DNA of 64,000 nucleotides from Octopus vulgaris (GCA_951406725.2 OX597828.1:52638001-52702000), one strand, 5' to 3'; positions 27,915 to 41,777 are shown, counted from the stretch's first letter. Notes: generated by a model from the sequence alone, not told the origin. Numbers and translations: made by a program.

Positions 27915-28135
27915 TATTTCTTTACTGCCTACAAGGAGCTACACACAGAGGGGACAAACAAGGACAGACAAATGGATTAAGTTGATTATATCGACCCTAG
28001 TGCGTAACTGATACTTATTTAATCGACCCTGAAAGGAGGAAAGGCAAAGTCGACCTCGGCGGAATTTGAACTCAAAACGTAATACGGCTACGCATTTTGC
28101 CCGGCGTGCTAACGTTTCTGCCAGCTTGCCGCCTT
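27915..28135 (-). mobile_element. SINE family B, full length
   Basis: 12-bp TSD CACCTTATTACT at 27903-27914 and 28136-28147. Confidence 0.92.
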
Positions 28136-28529
28136 CACCTTATTACTACCAACTAAATCAACCACCATCATCATATCCACTATCGTTCTATTTACTCCAA
28201 CCACTATCATTATAATCGAAGAGATCCCTCTCGACTGAAAGTGTTAGTTCAATCAACCAAGTTTCCCTCAAGTTACAATAGATGGGAAGTACACATTAGG
28301 AAATACTGATATGATTCTGCAAAGCGTGGAAAAGACAAGCAATACGAGATGGCTATGAATGAAATGTGCTGGGAATTTTTACAGCGAGCTGGCAGAATTG
28401 TAAGAACATCAGAAAATATACTTTTAACGGTCTCCATAGGCTAACGCTACCTTTCAAACCTCCAGGGCGAACACAAGTAACCTTACAAGTGGCACCTTAC
28501 AAGTAACCTTACAAGTGGCACCTTCAGCA

Positions 28530-28835
28530 ATTACCTTCTATTGTAGCCTCGGACCGACAAAAGACTTTTGAGTGGCAGACGGAAACTGAAAAAAGCCCGT
28601 CGTATACATATGTGTGTGTGTGTGCGTATTTGTGTGTCTGTGTTCGTTCCTCCCACCATCACTTGATAACCGATGTTGGTGTGTTTACGTTCCTGTAACT
28701 TAGCAGTTCGGCAAAAAATCGATAGAATAAGTACTAAGCTTTCAAAAAAATATATCCTGGAGTCGATTCGTTCAACTAAAGGCCGTGCTCCACCATGGCC
28801 GCAGTTAAATGACTGAAACAGGTAAAAGAATAAAA
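28530..28835 (+). mobile_element. SINE family A, 5'-truncated
   Basis: Body and tail blocks match the other copies. Confidence 0.85.
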
Positions 28836-29667
28836 TAATATATGTGTGCGTGTGTATGTATGTATGCATGTATGTATGTATGCATGTATGTATGTATGTG
28901 TGCATGTATGTATGTATGTATGCATGGACGGGCACACACAGACACAGTCATTACATAAATATATATATATATAAATATAATAGAGTAACCACTATGTGGT
29001 GGACTCTAGCACTAAAAATAGATCCGCTAGATTTCAGCCACGAAGAATTGTTTCCGATGAAAGTTAGCACGACTACCAGCCACTTGGTGTTAAATGGATG
29101 TGCTATAAAATTAGTATCCAATTTTCTCACCCTTACTTAGTTGATTATATATATATATATGAATATAAGCATGCATACATGCATGTGAGTATGTGTGTCA
29201 CATTTTTGATAACCTGTAGCTGTAACCCGCAATACATAAGGATTACAGAAAGGAAGTACAAATGGAAGGCTTCTTATTTTAGGGTTCAGAAGTTACATCA
29301 ACTCAGGGCATGCTTGCTGATTTATTGGTAAACCCTATGTCATTCCATATTGAGTTGCTATATAATCAGAGGTGTTCCAACGGTGACCCTTTCGTCTATT
29401 TTGTGTATGAGAGACTATATTTTCTTGAGCATCCCTATACATACACGTGCATATATATATACATACATGTGTGTGTGCGTGTGTCTGTCTGTCTGTGACT
29501 TTGTGCATGGGTGTGTGTATGGGGTGGTATACATGCACATATATACGTAATTCTCTTAGTGCCATGTCATGTCCATTCTGAAGAAATTCTCGATTCTTGA
29601 AACTATCTTCCTTTCCTAATTTGGAGTTTCAATTGCCACAAAACGATCGTTCTACCTTCTCTGAAAG

Positions 29668-29810
29668 AAGTGGCTGTGGTTCCGGGTTCAGTCTCACTGC
29701 GTGGCACCTTGGGCAAGTGTCTACTATAGTCTCGGGCCGACCAAAGCCTTGTGAGTGGATTTGGTAGACGGAAACTGAAAGAAGCCCATCATATATATAT
29801 GTATATATAA

Positions 29811-29873
<63 letters not shown>

Positions 29874-30050
29874 GTGTGTGTATGTCTGTGCGTCTGTGTT
29901 TACGTCCCCGTAACTTAGCAGTTCGGCAAAAGAGACCGATAGAATAAGTACTAGGCTTACAAAGAAGAAGTCCTGAGGTCCATTTGCTCGACTAAAGGTG
30001 GTGCTCCAACATGGCCACAGTCAAATGAATGAAACATGTAAAAGAGTACA
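29668..30050 (+). mobile_element. SINE family A
   Basis: Matches the other copies. Confidence 0.9.
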
Positions 30051-30143
30051 TCTAGAATTTATGTCATACCTTACACTCCCTTATTTGTCTTGGTTCATAA
30101 GCATAACGCTGGCCACTCTCAGCTGTATCTCTTAGCCCCTTAA

Positions 30144-30176
<33 letters not shown>

Positions 30177-31687
30177 GGGGAGGGTGAATTAATGTTTCTC
30201 TAGTTATCTGTATTCCATTATATCACAGTGTAAAGTGTAACTCTGCGTGCGAACACTTTGACACATGTATGCGTGTGTGTGTACCTCCATTAAGAAATGA
30301 CTTAACGACAAATCTCACCCATAACTTCCTCGCTTGGATCCGCCCACTACCCTCCTTCTTTCTCCATTTCCCTCCCGTCCCACCATATCCCCATCTCTTT
30401 CTTTCTGCCATTTAGTTAATAGCTGCTCCATGTTACTCTGTTCATCATCATTTCGCGTTTCTCTCCCCAACCAAACACTTACTTCAGAAACTGTACTTGG
30501 AAGAAGCTAGAAATATTTTTTTCATTTTAAGCAGAATTTCAGAATTTCTGGGGGTTTTTTGTTCTTTTTTTTTCTCTCAGAAAATGGTTGAAAAGTTTTA
30601 AAAAATCAACCATTAAAACAGGAATAGAGAGGGAGGTGGAATTAGAAAAAGACCGAGAGAGCGAGAGAGACATCTCGAAGACAGCGAGCGAAAGATATGA
30701 AATGTCAAAGAAAAAAAATAAAGCCACAAGGTGAGAAAGAAGGAGTGAGTGGTAGAGGGAAAGGAAATGGGAAGGAAATAAAAGAAAAAGAATGTTTAAG
30801 AGATTCGGAGAAAAAAGAACGAAAGAATTATTGTGAAACGAAACTGAAAGTAGGAATGAGAAAAACGATTTAAGAAAAAGAAATTAAAATAGGAAGGGTG
30901 GAGAATAAAGAAGGAAGAATGAAAAAGGTTAAAACATGAATATGAATGGTGAAAGGAAAGAAAAGTGAAAGAAATATTTGAGGGAAAAAGGAAGCAAGAA
31001 AAATTATGAACCAAAATTGAGAGAGAATATTTGGATGAATAAAAATAACATTCACACACGAGTGACATCTTCACTCACTCAATCCTTCAGTGTAATCGTT
31101 AACTCACTTTCTTCATCTCAACCTTATGAAATCATTCGCCTATTTACTCAGTGATTGACTTGTTGCCTATCTCCTGTAAATTTAACTGATGCTTGCGTGC
31201 GCATTGATGTTCTCTTATATAAATTATGTGTAGATAAATCAAGCGAATAAGAAATGGAAAAGCACACGGACTCTAATTTTCCTTCATCAGCGGTTGCCAG
31301 AGTCCATCACAATTTCTGCACGTTTAATAACATTATCCCAAAATGTTAGTGAGCCATAGTAGCATATATACATACATACATAGATACATACATGCATACA
31401 CACACACACACATACACACACACATACATACATACACACATACATACATACATAATACATACATACATACACACATACATACATATATACACACAAACAC
31501 ATACATACATACATACATACATACACACATACATACACACATACATACATACACACGTACATACATACACACACACACACATACATACATACATACATAC
31601 ATACATACATACATACATACAAACATACATACATACATACATACATACATCCATACATACATACATATCCAAGAGAAAATATATTCT

Positions 31688-31855
31688 TATTTCTTTACTG
31701 CCCACATGGGACTACACATAGAGGGGACAAACAAGGACAGACAAACGGATTAAGTCGATTATATCGACCCCAGTGCGTAACTGATACTTATTTAATCGAC
31801 CCCGAAAGGATGAACGGCAAAGTCGAACTCGGCGGAATTTGAACTCAGAACGTTG
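31688..31855 (-). mobile_element. SINE family B, 5'-truncated
   Basis: Matches the other copies. Confidence 0.88.
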
Positions 31856-32167
31856 CAGAGAAAATATTTTCTATTGATTTATTAACCCACTTCATCAAAG
31901 TATGTATTTGTTATGCAAATTACACAGGCCAGTCTACTGTCTATGCATTATATGGAAATAATCGGTTCCTTGAGAGAAGGGTGTTATTCAATCTCTGTTG
32001 AAAGTCTAGTGAGACTAGAAACTCTTCTGATTCATCATATTCTTCTGTCCACGTAGAAGTAAAAATCAAGGTTGGCCAATTTGTTAGCTTTTCAGAGCGT
32101 GGCTAAAATGTAATGTTATTGAACAGGTATATATCGTCTTCAAATTCTGTCTCTTGTGTACATTTTA

Positions 32168-32987
32168 CAGGGTGTTTAGGCTAAATGCTGTCTCCTTTTT
32201 TTTCAAGAATAGCTTGATATGTTGGTGAACAGTCAACAGCAACAGAAAGTATAATGATTAAAGGTGTAGTTGAAAAAAAGTCAGGTGATACAGAGAACTG
32301 AAATCCATCTGAAAATTGTGGAAACATTACAAGAATCATGATGATTCGTTCCGGGTATCGATACGCCGACATCGTCATTCCTGTTCAATGCTCTGTGAAT
32401 ACTGTAAAGTCTGTAAGATGTGTCACGGACTGCTGCAACAGGGGCTATGTAACTGTGGTTAGCAGGAAGGAACACAGCAGGAATTCTCACTGCCGGAGTT
32501 CATCCGATAACTGTAGGATAAGGTGATGGAAGATCCAAGCAAGGGAGCGCGGGCTTTGGCATGAGAGGTTGGAGTTGGAGTCATCATCATGAAGCTGGCT
32601 CTGAATGAGGACCTCCATTACAGGAGGTACAAGGGAGAAATTCAGAAGTGGTTGTCAGAGAATTTCTCCGACTTCACCAGCCCCAATTTCTAGCTACCTC
32701 AATTATAATCCCATCGATTACTATGTATGAGACGCGGTTGAGAAAGACACGAGCTGGTAGCCAAGATCAAGGATATTTTCGAAGGGAGAACGCATGCACC
32801 ATCTTTCGGAGACATCTTCATCCACAGTGGAAAGTGAGAGTGGCTGGTTTCAGTAAACTGTTATCTTCCAGCCATAATCTAATTGATACATTTTTATATT
32901 TTTCTTAAAAAGATTCTTTTATTTTTAAATGTGTTGTTGTTTTGCTTTCCTTCTATGCACACTGTCAAATTTAGCCCGAACACGCAA
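32168..32987 (+). mobile_element. Internally deleted Tc1/mariner (maT-like) element, same family as 352-1215
   Basis: TA|CAGGGTGTTTAGGCTAAAT at the left and GTCAAATTTAGCCCGAACAC at the right (inverted TIRs); internal homology to 352-1215. Confidence 0.8.
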
Positions 32988-33389
32988 TACATGTTTGTTA
33001 TATAGTTATGTATAGATATTTGCGAGTGATTATAATATGATTATAAATACATGCCCATATAGGTAGCTAGATTTATAAATACCACACATAATAAAGCTGA
33101 AATGACTGTATGGTCGCTTGAGCTTCTGGAGATAAGACTGATCTCGCACAAACACATCCTACTACATCTGGAATGAATGTAAAGAATTCGTTCGGTAACC
33201 AAGTCATGCATAACCACAAAGATATGGACGGTCATAGATGGAATCTTTGATCATAGTTTTGCTTGATCAGCGCTGGCCTGTGGTTAAACAGCAATAACCG
33301 TGCTACACACATATATATACACGCGCCGAAATGTATGTATGTAACACCTTCATATTACCTCGCGTGTCTATAAATGCAATATAAGCTTC

Positions 33390-33455
<66 letters not shown>

Positions 33456-33525
33456 TTGCTACTACATACTATACTACATGTATATAAGCTTTGTATAAGT
33501 ACGTGAATACTTGCATACATGCATG

Positions 33526-33563
<38 letters not shown>

Positions 33564-33618
33564 CTTGCTACTACATACTATACTACATGTATAGAAACTT
33601 GAATACTTGCATACATGC

Positions 33619-33664
<46 letters not shown>

Positions 33665-34229
33665 GCTTCTATACACACATATCCAGATGTGTATATATTT
33701 ATATGTATACACGGTTGAGTATAGATACGTATATATCTGTACACAAATAGAAGTGCACATACACACACACACACACATATCAAACATATTCTCATACACA
33801 CTTTCAAACATATATACATAGGGCAATGAAATTCGCCATTTTAATGCAGATAGCGTAGGCCATAACAGAAATATTTCATCTGTGACCCTTAAAACAGTTT
33901 CTACAGTCTTTACAAGATCTTTGCAGCACTATTCTCATCATCCTTAACTTTCCTTTTCACGAACGTTGCTCCATAAAAATCGTACAATGAGTGATTCTTT
34001 TGTTAAACCCGCTATTCTCACTTTTCCTGGGTTGCCCAATCACCTGTCACTCAATCACTTCTGGTAATATTCTTTTCGAAGCCACTCTACCGTAGCTGCC
34101 ACAAAGATTTGGCGGGAAAGAAAGTGAAAGTGAAACTACAAGCGAAAGGAAGCAAAAAAAGAGAAAGTCAAATGAATAAATGTTTAGCGTTTCAGTTTGA
34201 ATTTATTCTTCTTATTCCTTTTTCCTTGT

Positions 34230-35800
34230 TCTTGCAACATCGTTTTGTTGTGATTTTTATTTTGTTCGTTTATTTTTGTAATTGTTGTTTCTCAGTTCTT
34301 GCAGCATCGCGTTGTTGTTGTTGTTGATGTTCTTGTCATCATAGTTATTTTTCTAGTTTTAATTTTGTTGTATTTTGTGAAAATGTTGCTGTTGTTAATG
34401 TTCTTGTTTCTCTTTCTACAGTTTCTTCTTTTGTTGTTGTTACTAAAGTTTTACATCTTTTTTTTTTTTTGTGTGTGGTTGATGCTTTGTTGTTGTTGTG
34501 ATAATGGCGGATGATGCTGTAACTTTCCGTTCTTGTTGTTGTTAGTATTGTTATTGTCATGTTTTCCTTCGGATTTTTATCGTTTTCAATGACGTTGATG
34601 TTGCTATCATTGAGCTTCGATTGCTGTTATTGATGATGATGATGATGATGATGAGGTTACGCTTGTTTTTATTGTTATGGTTGAACTTCGTGTTCCAATT
34701 GTTATAGGTGGTGGTAATGGTGGTGAACGTTTCAACGATGAATAGATTTATAGACATGGTGGTGGTAGTGGTGGTGGTGGTGGTGGTGGTGCCCGTAGTA
34801 GTAGTAGTGGTAGCAGTCATAGTAGCAGCAGCGGCAGCAACAGCAGTTGTGGCGCTGGTGATGATGATGGTTTTATCATGATGATAGTTGTTGTTTTGTG
34901 ATTGTTATTGTTGTTCTTATTGTTGTTGTTGTTGTTATTGTGAATACTGCAGTTAGGAGTGGCGTTGCTTGTGGTTGCTGTGGCAGTGGCGTCATTAGGG
35001 GTACCAGTGGAGGATAATGATGGCGGGGTGGGGTCGAGATACCGTTTGCACTTTTATGGTGGTGATGTGATCATTCAAAATAGGAATGATGATGATGGTG
35101 GAGCATGTTGTGAGATGAGGCTGGTGGTGGTGGTGCTGATGGTAGAGGTTGTGATGTCGGTGGTACAGTTTGTAGTGGTGGTGGTGATAGTAACGACGAT
35201 GCTGGTGGCAGAGCTAGTCGGGTTAGAGATGGTAATGGGGGTATGTGTATCAGGGTGGAGGTAGTGTTTGTTTTAGGTAATGCATAGAGGTGTGGCGATG
35301 TTGAGCAGTAAAGGTGATGTGACAATACAGGTGGTAGCGTTGAGTGGTTGTAGTGATGGTGGTGATGGTGGTGGTGCTGCTGCTGCTGCTGTTGCTGATG
35401 GAGAACATAGCGGTGCTTGTGAATGTATGTGTTGTGTGTAATTGTTGGCACTGCTGGAGTGGTATTGCAGTGTACAGGGAAGGTGGTAATGATCATGGAA
35501 TGGGTAGTAGTGGTGGTGATGGTAGTGACGATATAAAGTGTTGAGGTGGTAGTAAGAATGGCAGTGGTCATGGGATGTGAAGTGGTGGGTATATTGTTTG
35601 CAGTATAATGTATATTGTCGTTGTTTTTGTTGTTGCTATTGGAAGAGGAGGAGGAGGAGAAAGATGGGTGGCAGTTTTTTGTGGGGGCGATGATGTTGGT
35701 GATGGTGATGCTTGTATCTGTTATGATGTTAGTCGTGATAGAAAAGGTAGTGTGAGAATATTCGTGTTTAGCGCTTGTTGTTGCTACAATTATTGTTTTA
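34230..35800. repeat. Degenerate GTT/GGT/GAT trinucleotide low-complexity region
   Basis: Cryptic triplet repeats produce long Thr/His/Val-rich pseudo-ORFs in several frames. Confidence 0.85.
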
Positions 35801-36194
35801 TAGTCCGAGATCAACTCCGAGTGAATACTTCTAGAATTAGACATTCCATCGTGACCATCTCGTCTTTTAGTCTGACATACTCTCCCTAGATCTACACCAA
35901 CATTATCTAATATAATATTTGTTTTAGTCGATGTTATTGACTGCTATTTCTGGCATGACCAATGACCACTAGGAATCATTGAACCTCCTCGTGTTCTTTA
36001 ACTGATATTGTGATATTTATTTTTCACTAATTATGGAGGGGAAATCAATTTTCCAAGCGTACTAAGTAAACTTTTTCCATTTGTTTTACACGTTGTTGCT
36101 ACTACTTGTCTTTGAGAGTTCCTGACAGAAGTATTGGTGTTTCACAGTGCACTATACTGCCACTCATACCTCAACCTCCTCCATCACTAGAACC

Positions 36195-36372
36195 CATTAT
36201 TTTCTTTCCTACTCTAGGTACAAGGCCCGAAATTTTGAGGGAAGGGCCATTCGATTAGATCGATCCAAGTACACAACGGGTACTTAATTTATCGACCCCC
36301 AAAAGGATGAAAGGCAAAGTCGATCTCGGTGGAAATTGAACTCAGAACATAAAGACAGACAAGATACCGCTA
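36195..36372 (-). mobile_element. SINE family B variant
   Basis: Central block plus the variant tail. Confidence 0.75.
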
Positions 36373-37993
36373 AGAACACATTCCACGATCACTTCCACTC
36401 CCCCCAATACACTCCAATACCATTATTCTACACTCCTGCACCATTTTTCGCTAACTAGGCAGGATTTGAACTCAGAACGTACAGAGCCGAGACAGGTAAT
36501 GTGAGGTATCCTATGCGAAGCTCCGATAGTTCTGCCCGTCTTTCGCCATGGCACACTTTTTATCGGCCCCCGGGAAGATAATACGCAGTTGAACATAGTG
36601 GGATTTGTACTCAGAGCACAGAAAACCTAAACATTTAATCCAACGCTCCAACGACTCTGCGAATTCCTCACCAGTAAACCATGATTATGCAATCATATTT
36701 TATATTGTCAGAGATACTGAAAAAACGATAAAATAAACGTAAGATAATTATAAACACAAAAAAGTAATAGAAATTAAGATATCTCGATGGTGTTAGTCGA
36801 ATAAATTGGCGCTAGGAAAAAAGCGGGAACGAATGACGGTGGAAGAAGGAATGGCGAGAGAGGTTTTAGGAAGTGATGCCGGTGAAGTAATTCCGTCTCT
36901 TTTTTAAGAAATTTTGTTCTGAATAGTTAAATCTTGAGGGGAAGTTTTATATTAGGAATACAGTCTTCCTGCAAACCACCATTGTCTGTATTTTGATTTC
37001 TCAGCTAGATCACGTGTTGGTTTAACAGGTCACGCTCATACTCATATTCTTATTGCTTTTGGTGGACTGAGGACTAACATGGGGAGTCACCAGGTGACTC
37101 CTCAGTGAATGAATTGTAAACATTGGTGAATGGTAGTAATAGTAAGGTGAGTGTATTGTTGATTGTCTATTTGGTTGAATTTTTTCCTTTTTTTTTGTTT
37201 TGTTTTCTCTCAGAACATTCATACGTCGTCTTCGATGGGAGAGTCCGTCATGGCCTAGTGTGCTTCTACTTAGTTCTGCTGTAGTTAGAATAGAACTCAA
37301 TGCGCTGGTGCTGATATTTAACCCTTCAAATTGGTTTGAATTAATAATCATCTCACTGCTTCCAGATTTTAGGGAGGTATTAGTATATGTTTAGAATGAC
37401 ATCATGTGGTAGATGTCAGAGGCTTGGATCTGGCCAGTTTGAACATAAACTGAACATTGAACATTGTTGAACATAAAATATCTAGAATATTTGGGCTTTA
37501 TATAGCCGGTTTCAGTACTAAAAGGTTAAATAAACTTCGATCGCCTATTATGAAAGAATTCAAAGCTGTATAATCGGAGTAAAAGGTTTACTATCCTCAC
37601 TCCACTCCTTTAGGATTATTCGATTTTGTACTTAATATTATGATTCACTTAGGATTATCCAATTAGCTCTTTTGTAAAGTGGCTTCCATTGAACTTGAAA
37701 TTCGTTCCGGATAGTCATGGCTAGAATGCCTTTTATTACATTCCTGCTTGATCGGAACTGGCCTACCACTAAACAAACGCATGCTGATGAGGCATATACA
37801 CATAAAATGGCACTCTGTCGGTTACGACGACGTGTGCTCCAGCTTATTTCATCAACGGAACCGTCTGCTAGTGAAATTAACGTGCGAGTGGCTGAGCACT
37901 CTGCAGACACACTTGCCCTTCACGTAGTTCTCAAGGAGATGCAGAGTGGTACTGAATGTAACAAGGCATGCCCATTTGAAATACAGGTACAAC

Positions 37994-38088
37994 GGGCATA
38001 TGGTGTAGTGGTTAAGAGCGCAGGCTACTAACCCCAAGATTCCGAGTTCGATTCCAAGCAGTGACCTGAACAACAACAACAACAATAA

Positions 38089-38151
<63 letters not shown>

Positions 38152-38480
38152 TGATGATGATGATGATGATGATGCATGTGCCTAGTGTACCCTTATCAGA
38201 CGGGTAGTCATGATGGGTATACTGGGCTTCGTATATTTTACCCCAGTGTCACTTTGATGGCATACACTGCTCTCTCACTCAATAATAATAATAATAACAT
38301 CGAAAAATACCTTAAGATTGAGAACCCAGATTCGAAATTTCCCCAAGACACCTGAAGAAGGCTGGAGGGTATATCAGCCAAAACGATGTGTTAACAACAG
38401 ATAAGATGAGGACAAATATCCGTCGAATGTAAATAATGTAAATAATGTATATAATTCCTCCTCTCTTAAATATAGAACTG
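37994..38480 (+). mobile_element. Composite SINE: tRNA-type head + (AAT)n + hammerhead-bearing tail, with a probable nested LINE-tail fragment at about 38175-38280
   Basis: A box TGGTGTAGTGG, B box GTTCGATTCC; 12-bp TSD TACAGGTACAAC at 37982-37993 and 38481-38492. Confidence 0.85.
38348..38391 (+). ncRNA. Minimal type I hammerhead motif, two core substitutions in this copy
   Basis: ACAC-CTGAAGA-A-GGCTG(GAGGGTATAT)CAGCC-AAAAC-GAT-GTGT; a functional version would read GAAAC-GTT. Confidence 0.6.
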
Positions 38481-39365
38481 TACAGGTACAACTCGCTCTT
38501 TGCAAGCTGAGTGAAAATAAAGTGCCTGGCTCAAGAACACAACGCGCCGCCGGGAATCGAACTCACGACTTTACGATCGTGAACGGAATACCGTAACCAC
38601 TAAACCACGTGCCTTCACATATACACACATGCACACATAATACTAACATGCATGCATACATACATAAATACATACATACATACATACATATATGCATACA
38701 TACATACATAAATACATACATGAATGCATACATACGTACATACATACATACATACATACATACATACATACATACATACATACATACATACATACATACA
38801 TGAATGCATGCATACATACATACATACAACATACATGAATACATACATACATACATACATACATACATACATACATACATAAAACGTTCACATACACACA
38901 GTCGTCTCATTCATTGAAACCCTTCGACTTAACAATATCAAATATCGTCAATGCAATCCCAACCATCGCCAACACCATCCCCACCATGACCACCACCACA
39001 GTATGAACAATGCTACTCTAATACATACGTGTGAGATTGACCAGAGCTGTTTATACAAGAAGCTATCGCCTTTTGAACACAACGTGTGCAGCGTGGTTTC
39101 ACTGCATGTCAACCTATGCCACAGCACGCAGACGGAATTTAAAATACTGCACTCGGGAATTGTGGGATGGTCTTTATATTTTATTTTATTTCGACATTTT
39201 GCTTTTGGTTTTTACGGTTTCGTTTTTTGTTTGTTTAGTTTTTTGGTTTTTTTTTTGTTTTTTCGATCATTCATTCGTTTTTTTTTCAAAACTGGCAGAA
39301 GAGTTCCTAACTTACACAAACACATGCACGCACATGTTTATCACACACTCGCACTCACTCACACG

Positions 39366-39401
<36 letters not shown>

Positions 39402-40258
39402 CACACAAACACATATATATAGTTAACACACGTAAATAGATTATAGGCTCCATATTTGTATGTATATATATATATATATGCATACATATATATATGTATA
39501 TACATACATATATACATACATATATTTGTATGTATATGTATGTATATATATATATACATATACATACATATATTTTTATGTATATATATGTATATACATA
39601 TATATACATAAAAATATATGTATTTATATATATATATATACATACATATATTTTATGTATATATATGTATATATACATACATATATTTGTACGTATATAT
39701 ATGTATATATACATACATATATTTGTATGTATGTATGTTATATTTATGCATGTATATATATATGCACACACCCTTCGTATAACTTTCGCGCTACATATAT
39801 GTGTGTATATATATGTATATATATGGATATGTATATATATGTATATGTATATATATATATGTATATGTGTGTGTATGGGGGTGTTTGTATGTATGTATAT
39901 ATGAATGTATACTCTTCGTATAACGTCGGTGTCATACATAAAAGAGAGCACCTAGATTACACACATAAAGATATGCAATCATTCACAACAGAATCACCAA
40001 CACACACATACCAGTATCCCCATCATTGACGCCAACCCCGACACCACCACCACCACCACTACCACCTCCTCCTCCAATAACACCAGCGGCACCACTACCA
40101 ATTGACACCAGCCACGCCCACATTGACTTCTCCGAACAAACCTCAAGTATACAGTTGTACACAGTTATATAAATATACATAATTAGACACACGAGATTTC
40201 ACACAATATCACACACATACACACATAGACACACGCACACACGCACGCACACACACAC

Positions 40259-40314
40259 CTTCACAATAACAAAGGCAGACACCAACTTCAGCGCATAAAA
40301 ATAGCCACTTCATC
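40259..40314 (-). other. Putative 56-nt exon encoding signal-peptide-like MKWLFLCAEVGVCLCYCE
   Basis: Acceptor TTTGTTCTGTTTGCTTTTCTTGCAG|G, donor AAG|GTGTGT, phase 1. Confidence 0.4.
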
Positions 40315-40802
40315 CTGCAAGAAAAGCAAACAGAACAAACACAATCATGTCTTTTGCATAATCGTGCACTTTCTCACAGGCAACACACTCGCGTTACGCA
40401 TACTCAATCATACACACAAACACTTAGGCCTTTCTCACACACTTCTACAAAGGTATGCGTAAGCACAAGTCACACAAGCGTACTTAGACACACACATATA
40501 TATAGTCACAGATGCAATAACGCACACATACGTACAACCAGAAACGTGCAAACACACAGGACACATACACATACACACACACACCCATTTACAAATGCAC
40601 ATATATGCATTCGCATGCGCAATGTGCATTTTGATATGGAGTTAAAGCTTAAGAGAATCCACTCCATGAAAATTCAACAACACGCCGGATAGAAACAAAC
40701 ACTACCACCACCACTGCTGCCGCTGCTGCTGTTGTTGTTGTTGCTGTTGCTGTTGCTTAGGTGGTAGTAGTACCACTGATGTTGCTGCAATTCTTATACA
40801 CA

Positions 40803-40837
<35 letters not shown>

Positions 40838-40963
40838 GGAAGGTGTACAATTGTATGTATTTACATGCGCCATCACATGATCAGGAGCATGCGTACAGGT
40901 TCCTGGTCATGTATGGTTGAATAGGTGTGTGCGTTAAATGGGAAAGGAGGGATAGTGAACCTC

Positions 40964-41003
<40 letters not shown>

Positions 41004-41028
41004 CGTGCATGTGTGTGCCTCTGTGTGC

Positions 41029-41067
<39 letters not shown>

Positions 41068-41219
41068 TGTGTGTGTGCGTGAGTGTCTGTTTGATTCAGT
41101 ACTTAAGTTCGTTCTCGTACGCTTCATACAGCTACAAACATGGCGGTTTGTAAAGAAAGTAAAAAAACTACACTGGAAAGTGAAAATACAATCCTGCATC
41201 CATACAATTTCCTGCCCCT

Positions 41220-41453
41220 TGTTTCATTCATTTGACTGTGGCCATGCTGCAGCACTGCCTTACAGTGTTCTGCAGTCGAAGAAAGTGACCGCAGGACTTA
41301 TTCTCTGTAACCTTTTTACTCATTTTATCGGTCTCTAACGCCGAACCACGTTACGGGAACGTAAACACACCAGCATCGGTTGTCAAGCGATAGTGGAGGA
41401 ACAAACATGCACACAACGACGAACGCGTATGTATTCATTTATGTATGTGCGTA

Positions 41454-41534
<81 letters not shown>

Positions 41535-41775
41535 GTGTGCGTGTGTGTGTGCCATTCTTTCTTTTACGTGTTTCGGTCATTTGGTTGCGACCTTGGTTGA
41601 GCACCGCCTTGAAGAGTTTTAGTCGAACAAATCGACCACAGGACGCATTGTTTTCTAAAACCCAGTACTTATTCTATCATAACTCTGTTGCCGAACCACT
41701 AAGATACGGGGACGTAAACACACCAGCACCGGTTATCAAACAGTGATGTAGGGGGAAGCACAAACACTCACATAC
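41220..41775 (-). mobile_element. Two adjacent partial family A SINE 3' halves
   Basis: Two copies of TCATTTGACTG..GCC..GAACC..GTAAACACACCAGCA separated by (TG)n. Confidence 0.75.
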
Positions 41776-41777
41776 AC

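Larger units (their letters stand above)
37811..38618 (-). mobile_element. Older family C-like SINE split by a younger insertion
   Basis: Tail-a-like sequence at 37811-37993, head at 38493-38618; halves joined by the duplicated TACAGGTACAAC. Confidence 0.8.

Noticed and set aside
28472-28524. ACAAGTAACCTTACAAGTGGCACCTT repeated twice, superficially repeat-spacer-like
   Set aside because: Simple tandem duplication in eukaryotic DNA with no unique spacers; not a CRISPR array.
35071-35844. 257-aa Thr/His/Ser-rich minus-strand ORF
   Set aside because: Lies in degenerate triplet repeats with several frames open; no domain or convincing splice context.
37994-38066. tRNA-like sequence, and similar SINE heads elsewhere
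   Set aside because: Acceptor and anticodon stems do not pair properly and the heads continue into repeat bodies; they are SINE heads, not tRNA genes.
39770-39925. Two CTTCGTATAAC strings reminiscent of loxP arms
   Set aside because: Partial matches in direct orientation inside a TA-rich local duplication; no 34-bp site.
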